Positions 45,944 to 56,180 of a DNA stretch of 64,000 nucleotides are shown piece by piece. Location: the NCBI GenBank assembly GCA_913045205.1, contig CAJWQF010000004.1:3704-67703 (forward strand). The letters run 5' to 3'. The position numbers were made by a program, and so were the translations under genes. The notes beneath the pieces were generated by a model that saw only the letters and a program-made list of their open reading frames with translations, did not search any database and was not told where the DNA came from. Within the stretch, counting starts at the first letter, position 1. Every line of letters starts with the position of its first letter. Source of the stretch: an uncultured Gammaproteobacteria bacterium. GTDB lineage: Bacteria > Pseudomonadota > Gammaproteobacteria > Pseudomonadales > Azotimanducaceae.

Positions 45944-46177
45944 CGGATTGCCGCAAAGTGCAGGCTGGTGCATAGAAAGTCCGAAGTAAGGCGAGTGAGC
46001 TAATGGTAGACGTATTGCCGACAATTGCGACCGACTTCGGCGCTTCTGCGTTTCGGACTTCTGGGCAGCCTGTCAAAAAACCGACGAAAGATGGGCTAAA
46101 AACACAGCTAATGGCACTGCAGGCGGCAATATACCGCCACTGCGGCGTAAACTACTGATATACATCGAAAATAAAAG

Positions 46178-46193
46178 TGGCACACTCTTTGCT
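46178..46193 (+). promoter_or_regulatory. sigma54 promoter of fliPQR-flhB
   Basis: TGGCACACTCTTTGCT. Confidence 0.85.
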
Positions 46194-46261
46194 TCCCAAG
46201 ACCCGTGAACAATAAAACCAGCGCAGAGCCCTAAGCTCTGGCCAGATTTATGAAGGGTGTT

Positions 46262-47041
46262 ATGAAGCGAACTCGGCAAAACATACAAGGCACAACGGGT
46301 CGCGCGCTAGTCGGCGTAGCAGTCACCGCGCTCGCCTGTTTGTTACCCCAGCTTGGCTACGCTGAAGGCATTCCAGCGCTGAAGATTCTCGAAGGCAACG
46401 ATGGCGGTACCGAATACAGCCTGTCGTTGCAGCTCATTATCGTGATGACGCTGCTAAGTCTGCTTCCGTCTATTTTAATTCTTATGACCTCCTTTACTCG
46501 CATCATTATTGTCTTGTCGCTGTTACGACAGGCCATGGGCACAGCGCAAACGCCGCCAAACCAAGTGTTAATCGGCATCGCGCTGTTTCTAACCCTGTTC
46601 ATTATGAATCCGATTTTGCAGGCAATTTATGACGATGCCTTAGAGCCGGTACAAAACGAAGAGATTACCTTCGAAGAAGGCCTAGACCGGGCGCGTGTAC
46701 CGCTACAGCAATTTATGCTCGGTCAGACCCGTGAAAAAGACATGATGCTGTTCATGGAGATGTCGCAGATGGAGCCCGTTGATGACGTTTCTGATCTGTC
46801 GCTAACAGTATTGGTTCCGGCCTTTATAACCTCGGAGCTGAAAACTGCCTTCACCATTGGTTTTCTGATTTACATTCCTTTCATCATTATCGACCTAGTT
46901 GTGGCCAGCGTACTCATGTCTATGGGCATGATGATGCTCTCGCCGATGATGATTTCCATGCCGTTCAAGTTGTTGTTGTTCGTGTTAGTGGACGGTTGGG
47001 GGCTGGTGACCGGCTCGCTTGTCGCCACCTACATGACCTAG
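46262..47041 (+). CDS. fliP: FliP
   Basis: MTSFTRIIIVLSLLRQAMG..TPPNQVL, MGMMMLSP, LFVLVDGW. Confidence 0.97.
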   Translation: MKRTRQNIQGTTGRALVGVAVTALACLLPQLGYAEGIPALKILEGNDGGTEYSLSLQLIIVMTLLSLLPSILILMTSFTRIIIVLSLLRQAMGTAQTPPNQVLIGIALFLTLFIMNPILQAIYDDALEPVQNEEITFEEGLDRARVPLQQFMLGQTREKDMMLFMEMSQMEPVDDVSDLSLTVLVPAFITSELKTAFTIGFLIYIPFIIIDLVVASVLMSMGMMMLSPMMISMPFKLLLFVLVDGWGLVTGSLVATYMT

Positions 47042-47049
47042 AGGGTGCA

Positions 47050-47319
47050 ATGGATACTTCTTTAGTAATGGACATCGCTCTTGACTCGCTGCGAGTCACA
47101 ATCTTAGTTGCAGCGCCCATTCTGGCGGCGGCACTAATTTCTGGTCTGCTTGTCGGTATTTTGCAGGCGGCCACCTCTATTCAAGAAATGACCCTGAGCT
47201 TTATCCCAAAGCTTGCGGTAATGGTGCTCTCTCTCGTGGTGTTTGGTGAATGGCAAATTGCCGTGCTGGCCGAATACTTCAACGACATTTTCGAACGCGT
47301 CCGTACCGTCACCCTGTAG
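47050..47319 (+). CDS. fliQ: FliQ
   Basis: QAATSIQEMTLSFIPK. Confidence 0.96.
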   Translation: MDTSLVMDIALDSLRVTILVAAPILAAALISGLLVGILQAATSIQEMTLSFIPKLAVMVLSLVVFGEWQIAVLAEYFNDIFERVRTVTL

Positions 47320-47323
47320 TGCT

Positions 47324-48094
47324 ATGACTTTCTTCGTTGCTGAACTCGTTGAAATGCTGCAAACCTTTATGTGGCCATTTGTGCGTGTCTCCGCAGTGAT
47401 GATGACCGCTCCCCTGTTTTCGCAGCGTGCGATGAACTTGCGCCTACGCATTTTGATCGGCTTCGTACTGACTTGGATGATTTACCCCTTTATCGTCATA
47501 CCCCAAGTTGATCCGTTTAGCATCGGAGCTCTATACGGCCTCTTCAATGAAGTTACTGTTGGGGCGCTGATGGGTGTGACGCTACAAATTGTCACCGCAG
47601 CCATCGTCGTCAGCGGTCACGCGGTGTCTTCCAGCATGGGCCTGGGCATGGCGAATATGATGGATCCAAATCTGGGGAACGTGCCGACCCTCTCCCAGTT
47701 CCTGTTGATTATTGGTCTGTTGGTATTTCTCGCCCTCGGCGGACACTTGGTGCTTATAAGCGTACTGGTGCAAAGCTTTACCTCGGTGCCGGTCGGCAGC
47801 GGCCTGCTCAGTACTGACGCCATTTCTGGTTTTCTGGCTTGGTCTTCTCAGGTTTTTATTGGCGCAGTCATTATGGTGCTGCCGGTGATGCTGGGCCTGC
47901 TCATGATCAATGCCTGTCTGGGGGTAATCTCCAGAGCATCGCCAAGTCTCAACGTTTTTGCAGTTGGCTTTCCCGCCCTGATCCCAATCGGCTTTGGCAT
48001 GGTGTTGCTGAGCATGGTGGTGATTATTAGCAAGATGGAAGGACTTTGGTTCCAAGCATTCCAAACACTTAACGAAAACATGTTGGGCTTGTAA
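47324..48094 (+). CDS. fliR: FliR
   Basis: PFVRVSA..APLFS, GGHLVLI, SRASPSLNVFAVGFP. Confidence 0.95.
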   Translation: MTFFVAELVEMLQTFMWPFVRVSAVMMTAPLFSQRAMNLRLRILIGFVLTWMIYPFIVIPQVDPFSIGALYGLFNEVTVGALMGVTLQIVTAAIVVSGHAVSSSMGLGMANMMDPNLGNVPTLSQFLLIIGLLVFLALGGHLVLISVLVQSFTSVPVGSGLLSTDAISGFLAWSSQVFIGAVIMVLPVMLGLLMINACLGVISRASPSLNVFAVGFPALIPIGFGMVLLSMVVIISKMEGLWFQAFQTLNENMLGL

Positions 48095-49257
48095 TGGCTG
48101 AAGAATCACAAGACGACAAAACCGAAGAACCCACCGCGCGACGTCTGGAAAAAGCCAAGGAAGACGGCCAAGTGTTGCGCTCTCAGGATATGACGATTGC
48201 AGCCGTTACCGGTTCGGTAATCGCCAGCCTTTATCTTGGTGGTTTTTGGATGGGTCCGCGTTTCGTCGATACCTTCGCTGAGGCCCTGACTATTCCAGCG
48301 AATTACGCATTTGAAGCAAACCTCGCAACTAATCGCTTGTCTGCCTTAACCCTCGAAAGCTTTGTTACGGTTATTCCGGTATTTGCGCTGGCCATTGTGG
48401 CAGCGATCGGCTCGGCCACGGCCCTAGGCGGCTTTGTTTTCTCGGCCAAAGCCTTTGCGCCCAAGGCCAGCAAACTCAATCCCATCAAGGGTATGAGCCG
48501 TATCTTTGGCCTCAAGGCCTTAGTAGAGCTTGGCAAATCTGTGGCTAAATTTTCCTTGGTCGCCTCCATTGGTGGCTCCTACCTCTATTTCAACTTTGAC
48601 TCGATCATGCAGGTCGGCAATGGTCCGATTAACAACGCAATTGGGCAAAGCGTTGAAACCGTTCTGCTCGGTGCCCTTGTTGCCACCGTAGCGCTGGTGA
48701 TTATCGCCATGATCGATGTGCCTTATCAGCGCTATGAGTTCATCAAAAAATTGAAGATGACCAAGCAAGAAATAAAAGATGAGATGAAAGACATCGAGGG
48801 CCAGCCAGAAGTGAAGCAGCGAATTCGCGCCAAGCAGCGTGAAATGGCTCAACAGCGCCAGCTCGACGATGTGCCCTCCGCCGATGTGATTATCACCAAC
48901 CCGCAGCACTTTGCCGTGGCATTGGTATATGAGATGGACAAGGAAGATGCGCCCCGAGTAGTGGCCAAGGGCAAAAATTTTATGGCGAAGCGTATTCGTG
49001 AACGGGCTACAGACAACAGTGTCGAGATTTTTGAATCGCCATTGCTGGCCCGTGCCCTGTACTTCACCTGCGACGTGGGCATGTACATACCTGCGGGCTT
49101 GTTTCACGCCGTCGCTCAGGTTATCGCCTATGTGTACAGCTTGAATTCTGTAAGCGCCGATGGCCAACGCATGACTAAGCCGAAGCCGCAGATACCCGAT
49201 GACATGGTCTTTGATGAAAGCGGCCGCCGTCGAGAAACAGCGAGCCCACTCAACTAA
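48094..49257 (+). CDS. flhB: FlhB
   Basis: DKTEEPTARRLEKAKEDGQ; autocleavage site NPQH; PLLARALY. Confidence 0.96.
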   Translation: MAEESQDDKTEEPTARRLEKAKEDGQVLRSQDMTIAAVTGSVIASLYLGGFWMGPRFVDTFAEALTIPANYAFEANLATNRLSALTLESFVTVIPVFALAIVAAIGSATALGGFVFSAKAFAPKASKLNPIKGMSRIFGLKALVELGKSVAKFSLVASIGGSYLYFNFDSIMQVGNGPINNAIGQSVETVLLGALVATVALVIIAMIDVPYQRYEFIKKLKMTKQEIKDEMKDIEGQPEVKQRIRAKQREMAQQRQLDDVPSADVIITNPQHFAVALVYEMDKEDAPRVVAKGKNFMAKRIRERATDNSVEIFESPLLARALYFTCDVGMYIPAGLFHAVAQVIAYVYSLNSVSADGQRMTKPKPQIPDDMVFDESGRRRETASPLN

Positions 49258-49289
49258 CCCCGAATTAGATTGGAATAGGATGAATCAGG

Positions 49290-50765
49290 ATGATCCCCTT
49301 AAAGGAAGAACCTAAAGTCAACGCAGCGCTTTGTTTTAGCGACGAAGACGCACAACTGCTGCTTAGCTGCCAAGCCACTATTGCCCAAGCTGGCAACACG
49401 GTGATCGCTTCGGCGCGGCATGAAAATTTGTTGGCGCATTACACCCGATCTATGTTGGCGGAAATCAACCGCGGCAGTAGCAGTACCGTAGTAATTAGGC
49501 GTATGCCGAAAACTAACGATAGCCTGCTAGAGACATTAAACGAGCATATCGCCACCCTGAATTTGTCAGCCTTGCAGGCCAAGCGGGTGGTTAAAACCCG
49601 TGAGATTTGGCTCTATGAGCTACCCGGGCCTGCCCAGTCCGATTTGCTGCAGGTAGCAGCGAACATGGTGCGGCAGTTTAAAGCAGCAGGCATTTCCATC
49701 ATCGTGCATAGCCGCCAAGCAAGACCGGACTCACCCCATCTGCATAAATTAGCCGAGCGCCTACGCGCTAAGCATGTGGCTTTTCAAACCCCAGACGAGG
49801 AGCAATGCCGCAAGCTGGCGGCAAGTGCCAAGGGCAGTTCCGAGGCGGGCCAGGTGAATCAATTGATTCGTTCTTTTGGCATTACCCTTGAAAGCGATGA
49901 GACCGCTGACCTAGAGTCCATGCCAGCAACCACAGATCTAGCCGAGCTTATGCAGCGTGCGGGGCAAAAATTACCGGTGCCGAAGATCAATAGTGCAGCG
50001 CCAAATGCAAATCAAGATGTCGCTACGGCAAAGACGGCGAAAACAAAGGCCGCCAAGGCAAAGACCGGTCCGGTAACCGATCGGCCGGCAAAAGCCCCCG
50101 TGCTGCCGCGTGGCGTTTCCAACCTGCGCATGCTCGTCAGTTCCGGCATTGCCTGCCTATTGGTGATGGGTCTGTATCTCAGCCCAAGTTTTGATACCCA
50201 TGCAACGTTTACACAGGCAGTGAGTTGGGGACAAGCGCAGTTACAAAGCGTAAAGATGAACAGCGTGCAAACGAACAGTGTAGACGCGGCCAACACAGAA
50301 GCGGCGGCGAGTGATGTTTTACCGCTAGCAACAGCCGAGCTGCCGCTAGCCCTGCCTGGTCTTAATGCTGAAAACACCAAGGCAGCGGAGCAGATACCGG
50401 TGCAGACCCAACAGGACGCTGCGCCGCCAATTCGCCAAACCGACGATTCAGAGGCAAGCCTGATGGCTTTGTTCGCCGTGGCGACACCTCAGTTGAGCAC
50501 GCGGCCACAGCCGACTCCCGTCTTTCAGCCCGGCGTATACGTGCAGCATGCCTCGTTCCGCTTGCCGCAAAGTGCGCTGATCTGGAAAAACAACAACAGT
50601 CAGTTGCCCGGGGTAAAAGTTGCGGCAAAGGGCCAGCGTTTTGTCACAGTAAGCGGTCCGTTTGTTGATCGTGATCAGGCGAGCCAATACCTCGCCGAAT
50701 TTGGTATTAGCGTTAGCCCTTACTTCATTAGTGGCGACGTGCTGCGAGCGCAAGCGCCAATCTAA
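49290..50765 (+). CDS. Membrane-anchored protein with C-terminal SPOR-like domain (DamX-like architecture)
   Basis: Central TM; C-terminus GVYVQHASF..A..RFVTVSGPFVDRDQA resembles SPOR. Confidence 0.6.
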   Translation: MIPLKEEPKVNAALCFSDEDAQLLLSCQATIAQAGNTVIASARHENLLAHYTRSMLAEINRGSSSTVVIRRMPKTNDSLLETLNEHIATLNLSALQAKRVVKTREIWLYELPGPAQSDLLQVAANMVRQFKAAGISIIVHSRQARPDSPHLHKLAERLRAKHVAFQTPDEEQCRKLAASAKGSSEAGQVNQLIRSFGITLESDETADLESMPATTDLAELMQRAGQKLPVPKINSAAPNANQDVATAKTAKTKAAKAKTGPVTDRPAKAPVLPRGVSNLRMLVSSGIACLLVMGLYLSPSFDTHATFTQAVSWGQAQLQSVKMNSVQTNSVDAANTEAAASDVLPLATAELPLALPGLNAENTKAAEQIPVQTQQDAAPPIRQTDDSEASLMALFAVATPQLSTRPQPTPVFQPGVYVQHASFRLPQSALIWKNNNSQLPGVKVAAKGQRFVTVSGPFVDRDQASQYLAEFGISVSPYFISGDVLRAQAPI

Positions 50766-50816
50766 CGCAGCCTGTTAGCGATTCTTTTTGGACTTAGACG
50801 ATATTAGGAGAGAACA

Positions 50817-51812
50817 ATGGCTGATGAAGAAAAGCCCACTCAAGATATAGAGGAAGCCGACTCGGCAGAATCCAGTGCCGTGGAAGAGCAAGCATCTGAC
50901 GGCGAAATAACCGGCGCTAAGTTAGAGAGCGCAGCAGATGTTACAGAGAGCAGCAGCGCTGACGATGCCATCGAAGCGATCACTAAAAACGTGCAGGAGC
51001 GGGCAGCAGAGATCGAAGATGTGCTGGCCGATGCGAGCACACCCATAGCGTTGCCGAAGGGCGAACCAGATTTGCCTGAGCCAGTATTCAGCGCCATGGA
51101 GGATGCGAATGCGGCGACAGAGGATAACGAGCCGAACCTGCAAATTAGCGTCGGCGGTGAGAAAGTGCGCATCTCCACAGCGCACCCGCTGATCGAAGAC
51201 ATTGCCGAGCAGTTGCAAAAATCCCGGCAATTCACCATGTATTCGGTAGGCGCGTTATGTACGGCTTTACTGGCTGCAGTGCTCTTTTACGTGCTGATGG
51301 CGGCACAGCTTTCATCCAAGGTTGGTGAAATAGATGCCATGTTAGGCGCTATGGCGAAGCGTACGCTGCAGATGACCAAGGGGATCGAATCGTTTAGCGC
51401 TTTGGAAATACGTTTGCAGGAAAGCCTGGCGAATCAGCTGATGCTGCGCGAGATGCTGGCTGCCAACGAGATTGCCATGATAGGCCTCAACGAAAAGTTC
51501 GACGCAATGCCTGCTGAGGTAGGTAGCGCGACCAACAGCTCTGTTAACGCCGCCCAGCAGGCACTAGCCGAGCAGCTTCAATCTTTGCAATCACAGAGTG
51601 CGAGTTTTAGCGGCAGCCTAGAGGGCATGCGACAAAGTGTGGATGCTCAGGAAGCTGAGTTATCTGCTTTGCGTAGCGTGCGCCGAGAGCTGTCGACACT
51701 ACGTTCGAGCATGCAAACGGTTGAGAAGACGGTAGCAGATCTGTACATCATCGAGCGTGCTCGTGTTGCCAAGCAGATGTTGGGAGCCAAGGCGGAAGTT
51801 ATTGGCGAGTAG
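50817..51812 (+). CDS. Hypothetical single-TM coiled-coil protein with acidic N-terminus
   Basis: AGGAG RBS; TM ALLAAVLFYVLM; long heptad region. Confidence 0.75.
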   Translation: MADEEKPTQDIEEADSAESSAVEEQASDGEITGAKLESAADVTESSSADDAIEAITKNVQERAAEIEDVLADASTPIALPKGEPDLPEPVFSAMEDANAATEDNEPNLQISVGGEKVRISTAHPLIEDIAEQLQKSRQFTMYSVGALCTALLAAVLFYVLMAAQLSSKVGEIDAMLGAMAKRTLQMTKGIESFSALEIRLQESLANQLMLREMLAANEIAMIGLNEKFDAMPAEVGSATNSSVNAAQQALAEQLQSLQSQSASFSGSLEGMRQSVDAQEAELSALRSVRRELSTLRSSMQTVEKTVADLYIIERARVAKQMLGAKAEVIGE

Positions 51813-52055
51813 TATGCTAATTGATTAACAGTCGCGCGGTTAATAGTTCCTAAGAGATTGATATTGCTAAATTTATCTCAACATTACCGTTATAACTTAT
51901 AAATTATTGGTGCTCACCGTTGTGCGCAAAACAATTGGATGAATAGAAGGGTCGAGAAAAAGAGATCGCGTTAAAGAAAGATCGATAAAGAGAAAAATTG
52001 ATAAAGAGAAGCTGTATCAAAAACGCTGGGCTTGCCCAGACTAAAAGAGGACTTT

Positions 52056-52712
52056 ATGGCCGATAGCATAGTGCCAATTCTGCTCATAACGCTAACAATT
52101 GTGTTAATTGTGATTCTATTCATTGTAGTGAGCTACATCTTGCTGCGGTTGCGATTTTTGGAAAGCCAGCGGAGTGAGGACAACTTGTCAGTAAACGGCG
52201 CAGAGCCGAAACAATCAAAGGGCGGTTCGTTATCGGGCTTTCGTGGCAAGGCCATTTGGGATGCGCTGGAAAACCCCGGCAAACATCCCGGCATCATAGA
52301 TCAGTTGAAAAGCCGCTATGCCTTCGTATTAGCCCGGCATATTGAACAGGTGATTGATCAGGGTCAGCTTGACCGCCAACGCAACCGCGAGGCGGTTCCG
52401 GAAAGTAGCGCCCCTGTTGGTGGTTTGCGTGGCGAAGTGGAGTCTTGGCTGCCGCAGTCTTACGTGCAGCGCTTCTATCGGGTAGGTAGTCAGTCACTCA
52501 CCGCAACAGAAGAAGAACTGGCCGAACTGCGCTCTGAAGTGCGCGGCCTTGTTAATGAAGTGTTGAACCGGCTTGGCATGACCGACGAAGGGCGCGGTAT
52601 TGGGCAGCTCATCACCTCACATACCCTCGACTTCACCAGCCAAGCACGAGGCGAGGAATACGACGATTCAGGAGCCGACGAGAACGGTCAGGACGAAAGT
52701 CACCGAACCTAG
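52056..52712 (+). CDS. Hypothetical protein with N-terminal TM
   Basis: AGAGGA RBS before ATG 52056; hydrophobic N-terminal helix. Confidence 0.7.
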   Translation: MADSIVPILLITLTIVLIVILFIVVSYILLRLRFLESQRSEDNLSVNGAEPKQSKGGSLSGFRGKAIWDALENPGKHPGIIDQLKSRYAFVLARHIEQVIDQGQLDRQRNREAVPESSAPVGGLRGEVESWLPQSYVQRFYRVGSQSLTATEEELAELRSEVRGLVNEVLNRLGMTDEGRGIGQLITSHTLDFTSQARGEEYDDSGADENGQDESHRT

Positions 52713-52803
52713 TCGCCTAAACTTTGTGATAACTAAGGTGTGCCAAGCGCTGGATTCTAGCCTGAGGTAGGATAACCGCCTCAGAGCCGCAAACGGGACC
52801 CCC

Positions 52804-54993
52804 TTGGACATCTCGCATATTCTCGATGGACTTAACGCATCACAGCGCGATGCAGTTTCCGCCCCATTGTCCAACGCGCTGGTGGTCGCCGGTGCTGGCA
52901 GCGGTAAAACTCGCGTGCTCGTGCACCGTATTGCATGGTTAATTGACGTAGAAGGCGTATCGCCTCACGGCATCTTAGCGGTGACGTTTACCAACAAAGC
53001 CGCAGCCGAGCTGCGGGCGCGTACCGAATCACTGCTCAATGTGTCGTCACGTTCAATGTGGGTTGGCACCTTCCACGGCTTAGCCCATCGCCTGCTGCGT
53101 ATGCACTGGGCGGAGGCCAAGCTGCCACAGAATTTCCAGATTATCGACAGCGACGATCAGGTGCGTTTGATTAAACGCATTATGAAAGCCCAAGACATTG
53201 ACGAAAAGAAATGGCCGGCGCGGCAGGCAGCTTGGTTTATCAATGGCCAAAAGGATGAGGGCAAAAGGGCACATGAAGTCGTCGCTGCGGACGATTTATT
53301 TCAGCTGACCCATAAGCGCATCTATCAGGCCTATGAAGAAGTTTGTGATCAGGGCGGCTTGGTGGACTTTGCCGAGCTGCTGCTGCGCTCCCATGAGCTG
53401 TGGCTCAATGATGCGACTTTGTTAGCCCACTACCAACAGCGCTTCGCCCACCTACTGGTAGATGAGTTTCAAGATACCAATACCATTCAGTACGCGTGGC
53501 TGCGGGTTTTGGCTGGCAAGACCTCTAAGGTTATGGCGGTGGGTGATGACGACCAGTCCATCTACGGCTGGCGCGGCGCTAAGGTGGAAAATATCCATCA
53601 GTTCTCTGAGGACTTTGCCGACGTCGCCACCGTGCGTTTAGAGCAAAATTATCGGTCTACCCAAACCATTTTGGATGCAGCCAATGGCCTGATTCAACGC
53701 AATACCAATCGTCTGGGCAAAGAGTTGTGGTCAGAGGGCGAGCAGGGTGAGCTGATCAAGGTCTATGCTGGCTTTAACGATTTGGACGAGGCGCGATTTA
53801 TTGCCGAGCGCATTCAGCAGTGGATGGACGATGGCGGCAGCGCCAATGAAGCAGCCATTTTGTATCGCTCCAATGCGCAGTCTCGAGTGCTAGAAGAAGC
53901 CCTACTGCGCCTCAACATTCCCTACCAGATTTACGGCGGTCAGCGCTTTTTCGAGCGCGCAGAAATCAAAAATGCATTGGCCTACATGCGGCTCATGGAA
54001 GACCGTCACTCCGATCCAGCGTTTGAACGGGTGGTAAATACGCCCGCCCGCGGCATTGGCGACAAAACTCTGGAAGGCATTCGTCAGCTCGCTAGAGCGA
54101 ATCAAACATCACTTTGGCAGGCGGCTAAGGAAGGCATCGCAGGCGGAGCTTTTACTGCGCGAGTTAATGGCGCAGTTGGGGGCTTCGTTACACTCATTGA
54201 TGAACTAGCAGATGCGGTAGCGCCCATGCATTTGGATGAGTTGGCCGAGCACATCATCGACGCCAGCGGCTTGCTAGAGTTCCACAGCCAAGAACGCGGC
54301 GAGCGCGGTTTGGCGCGCAAAGAAAACTTGCAGGAACTGGTATCGGCCTGCCGCCAGTTCAGTGGCGATCTAGTCTTCCCCTTTGAAGACAGTGATCGCG
54401 CGGAAGTCAGCGTGCTGCAGGAATTTCTCGATCAAATGACCTTGGACGCTGGAGACCGGCAAAGTGCCCAAGGCCCCAGCGTGCAAATGATGACCCTGCA
54501 CTCGGCCAAGGGTTTGGAGTTTCCCTTAGTGTTTTTGGGCGGTATGGAAGAAGGACTGTTTCCTCATCGCATGTCGTCAGAAGAGCCCGGGCGCTTGGAA
54601 GAAGAGCGGCGGCTGGCCTATGTAGGAATTACCCGGGCCATGCAGGAGCTATATCTCACCTATGCGGAAAGCCGACGCCTGCACGGTCAAGACAGCTACA
54701 ATCGCCCGAGCCGTTTTTTGCTAGAAATTCCACAAGACCTATTATCCGAGGTGCGCATGAAGGCCAGTACCCAGGGCCTGTTTGGTGGCGGCTATGCCGG
54801 CGGTGGCTCGGGGTTGTTCGAAGAGGAAGCCAACGGCATGCGTATGGGCCAACGGGTATTGCATGGCAAATATGGCGAGGGGGTTGTGCTGCAATTTGAG
54901 GGCAACGGCGAACGTGCAAAGGTGCAGGTGAACTTTGCCGAAGGCGCAAAATGGCTAATGGTTGGCTACGCCAATCTGCAGGTAATGGAATAA
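52804..54993 (+). CDS. uvrD: DNA helicase II UvrD
   Basis: AGAGSGKTRVLVHRIAWL, VDEFQDTN, LEQNYRST, EEERRLAYVGITRA. Confidence 0.96.
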   Translation: MDISHILDGLNASQRDAVSAPLSNALVVAGAGSGKTRVLVHRIAWLIDVEGVSPHGILAVTFTNKAAAELRARTESLLNVSSRSMWVGTFHGLAHRLLRMHWAEAKLPQNFQIIDSDDQVRLIKRIMKAQDIDEKKWPARQAAWFINGQKDEGKRAHEVVAADDLFQLTHKRIYQAYEEVCDQGGLVDFAELLLRSHELWLNDATLLAHYQQRFAHLLVDEFQDTNTIQYAWLRVLAGKTSKVMAVGDDDQSIYGWRGAKVENIHQFSEDFADVATVRLEQNYRSTQTILDAANGLIQRNTNRLGKELWSEGEQGELIKVYAGFNDLDEARFIAERIQQWMDDGGSANEAAILYRSNAQSRVLEEALLRLNIPYQIYGGQRFFERAEIKNALAYMRLMEDRHSDPAFERVVNTPARGIGDKTLEGIRQLARANQTSLWQAAKEGIAGGAFTARVNGAVGGFVTLIDELADAVAPMHLDELAEHIIDASGLLEFHSQERGERGLARKENLQELVSACRQFSGDLVFPFEDSDRAEVSVLQEFLDQMTLDAGDRQSAQGPSVQMMTLHSAKGLEFPLVFLGGMEEGLFPHRMSSEEPGRLEEERRLAYVGITRAMQELYLTYAESRRLHGQDSYNRPSRFLLEIPQDLLSEVRMKASTQGLFGGGYAGGGSGLFEEEANGMRMGQRVLHGKYGEGVVLQFEGNGERAKVQVNFAEGAKWLMVGYANLQVME

Positions 54994-55014
54994 TGAATAG
55001 GGGACTTTGAGACT

Positions 55015-56151
55015 ATGACCGAGGGATATATGGGCCTGCAGAAATACACCAGCCAATGCATAGCTGCCTGCGGCGTTGCAGTACTAACGCTTCTACTAAG
55101 CGCATGTGCGCCGGCAACGGACTCTGCGGGAGCGGTTGCCAACGAAGGTAGTGCCAGTGACGCCAAGGTCTACCGCTGGACACTGATTACCACTTGGCCA
55201 AAGAACCTGCCCGGCTTAGGCGCAGCACCGGAGCGGCTAGCCGAGCGATTGCGAATCATGAGCAATGGTCGCCTGGACATAAAAGTTTATGGTGCCGGGG
55301 AACTGGTCGGTGCGCTGGAAGTATTCGACGCAGTGTCTCAGGGCACTGCCCAGATGGGTCATGGCGCCGCTTATTACTGGCGCGGCAAAAATCCGGCCAC
55401 GGCTATGTTTGCCACTGTGCCCTTTGGTATGAACGCTCAAGAGATGAATGGCTGGCTGCGCTATGGCGGTGGCATGGCCCTGTGGCAGGAGCTGTACGCT
55501 AAATTTAATCTTGTGCCCTTCGCTGCTGGTAACTCAGGTGTGCAAATGGCCGGCTGGTTTAACAAAGAAATTAACTCCATCGAAGACCTGCAGGGTCTGA
55601 AAATGCGCATACCCGGTATTGGCGGTGAAGTGCTTTCCCGAGCGGGCGGAGTGCCGGTGGTGTTGCCCGGCGGCGAGATATTCACCGCCCTGCAGACGGG
55701 CGCGATTGACGCCACCGAATGGGTAGGTCCCTACAACGACTTGGCTTTTTCGCTGCATACGGCGGCCAAGTACTATTACTACCCAGGCTGGCATGAGCCT
55801 GGCCCTACCTTGGAAGCCTTTGTTAACAAAGACGCTTGGGATGCCTTGCCCGCTGATTTACAGGCCATGATCCAAGTGGCTACTCAGGCCATTAACGAAG
55901 ACATGTTGAGCGAGTTCACCGCGCGCAATAATGCTGCCTTAGATACGCTGATTAACGAACATGGTGTAGAGCTCAGGCGTTTGCCCGATGATGTCATTGC
56001 CGCGCTGCGTGACTCGTCACGCGAGGTAGTGGCAGAAATTGCCGAAGCCGATCCGCTGGCGCAGCGTATTTATGATTCCTACATGTCGTACTTGGCCGAT
56101 GTGCGCCGCTATCATGAAATCAGCGAGCAGGCCTACCTAAACGTGCGCTAG
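55015..56151 (+). CDS. TRAP transporter substrate-binding protein (DctP/TakP-like), lipoprotein
   Basis: Lipobox LSAC; QMAGWFNKEI, LKMRIPG, YYYPGWHEPG. Confidence 0.92.
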   Translation: MTEGYMGLQKYTSQCIAACGVAVLTLLLSACAPATDSAGAVANEGSASDAKVYRWTLITTWPKNLPGLGAAPERLAERLRIMSNGRLDIKVYGAGELVGALEVFDAVSQGTAQMGHGAAYYWRGKNPATAMFATVPFGMNAQEMNGWLRYGGGMALWQELYAKFNLVPFAAGNSGVQMAGWFNKEINSIEDLQGLKMRIPGIGGEVLSRAGGVPVVLPGGEIFTALQTGAIDATEWVGPYNDLAFSLHTAAKYYYYPGWHEPGPTLEAFVNKDAWDALPADLQAMIQVATQAINEDMLSEFTARNNAALDTLINEHGVELRRLPDDVIAALRDSSREVVAEIAEADPLAQRIYDSYMSYLADVRRYHEISEQAYLNVR

Positions 56152-56180
56152 GCACATTGCTGACAACCGGAGGCAAGGTT

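Noticed and set aside
47582-49167. Long antisense ORFs (175 and 215 aa) and similar shadow ORFs throughout
   Set aside because: Opposite well-conserved genes and lacking motifs; expected codon-bias shadows.
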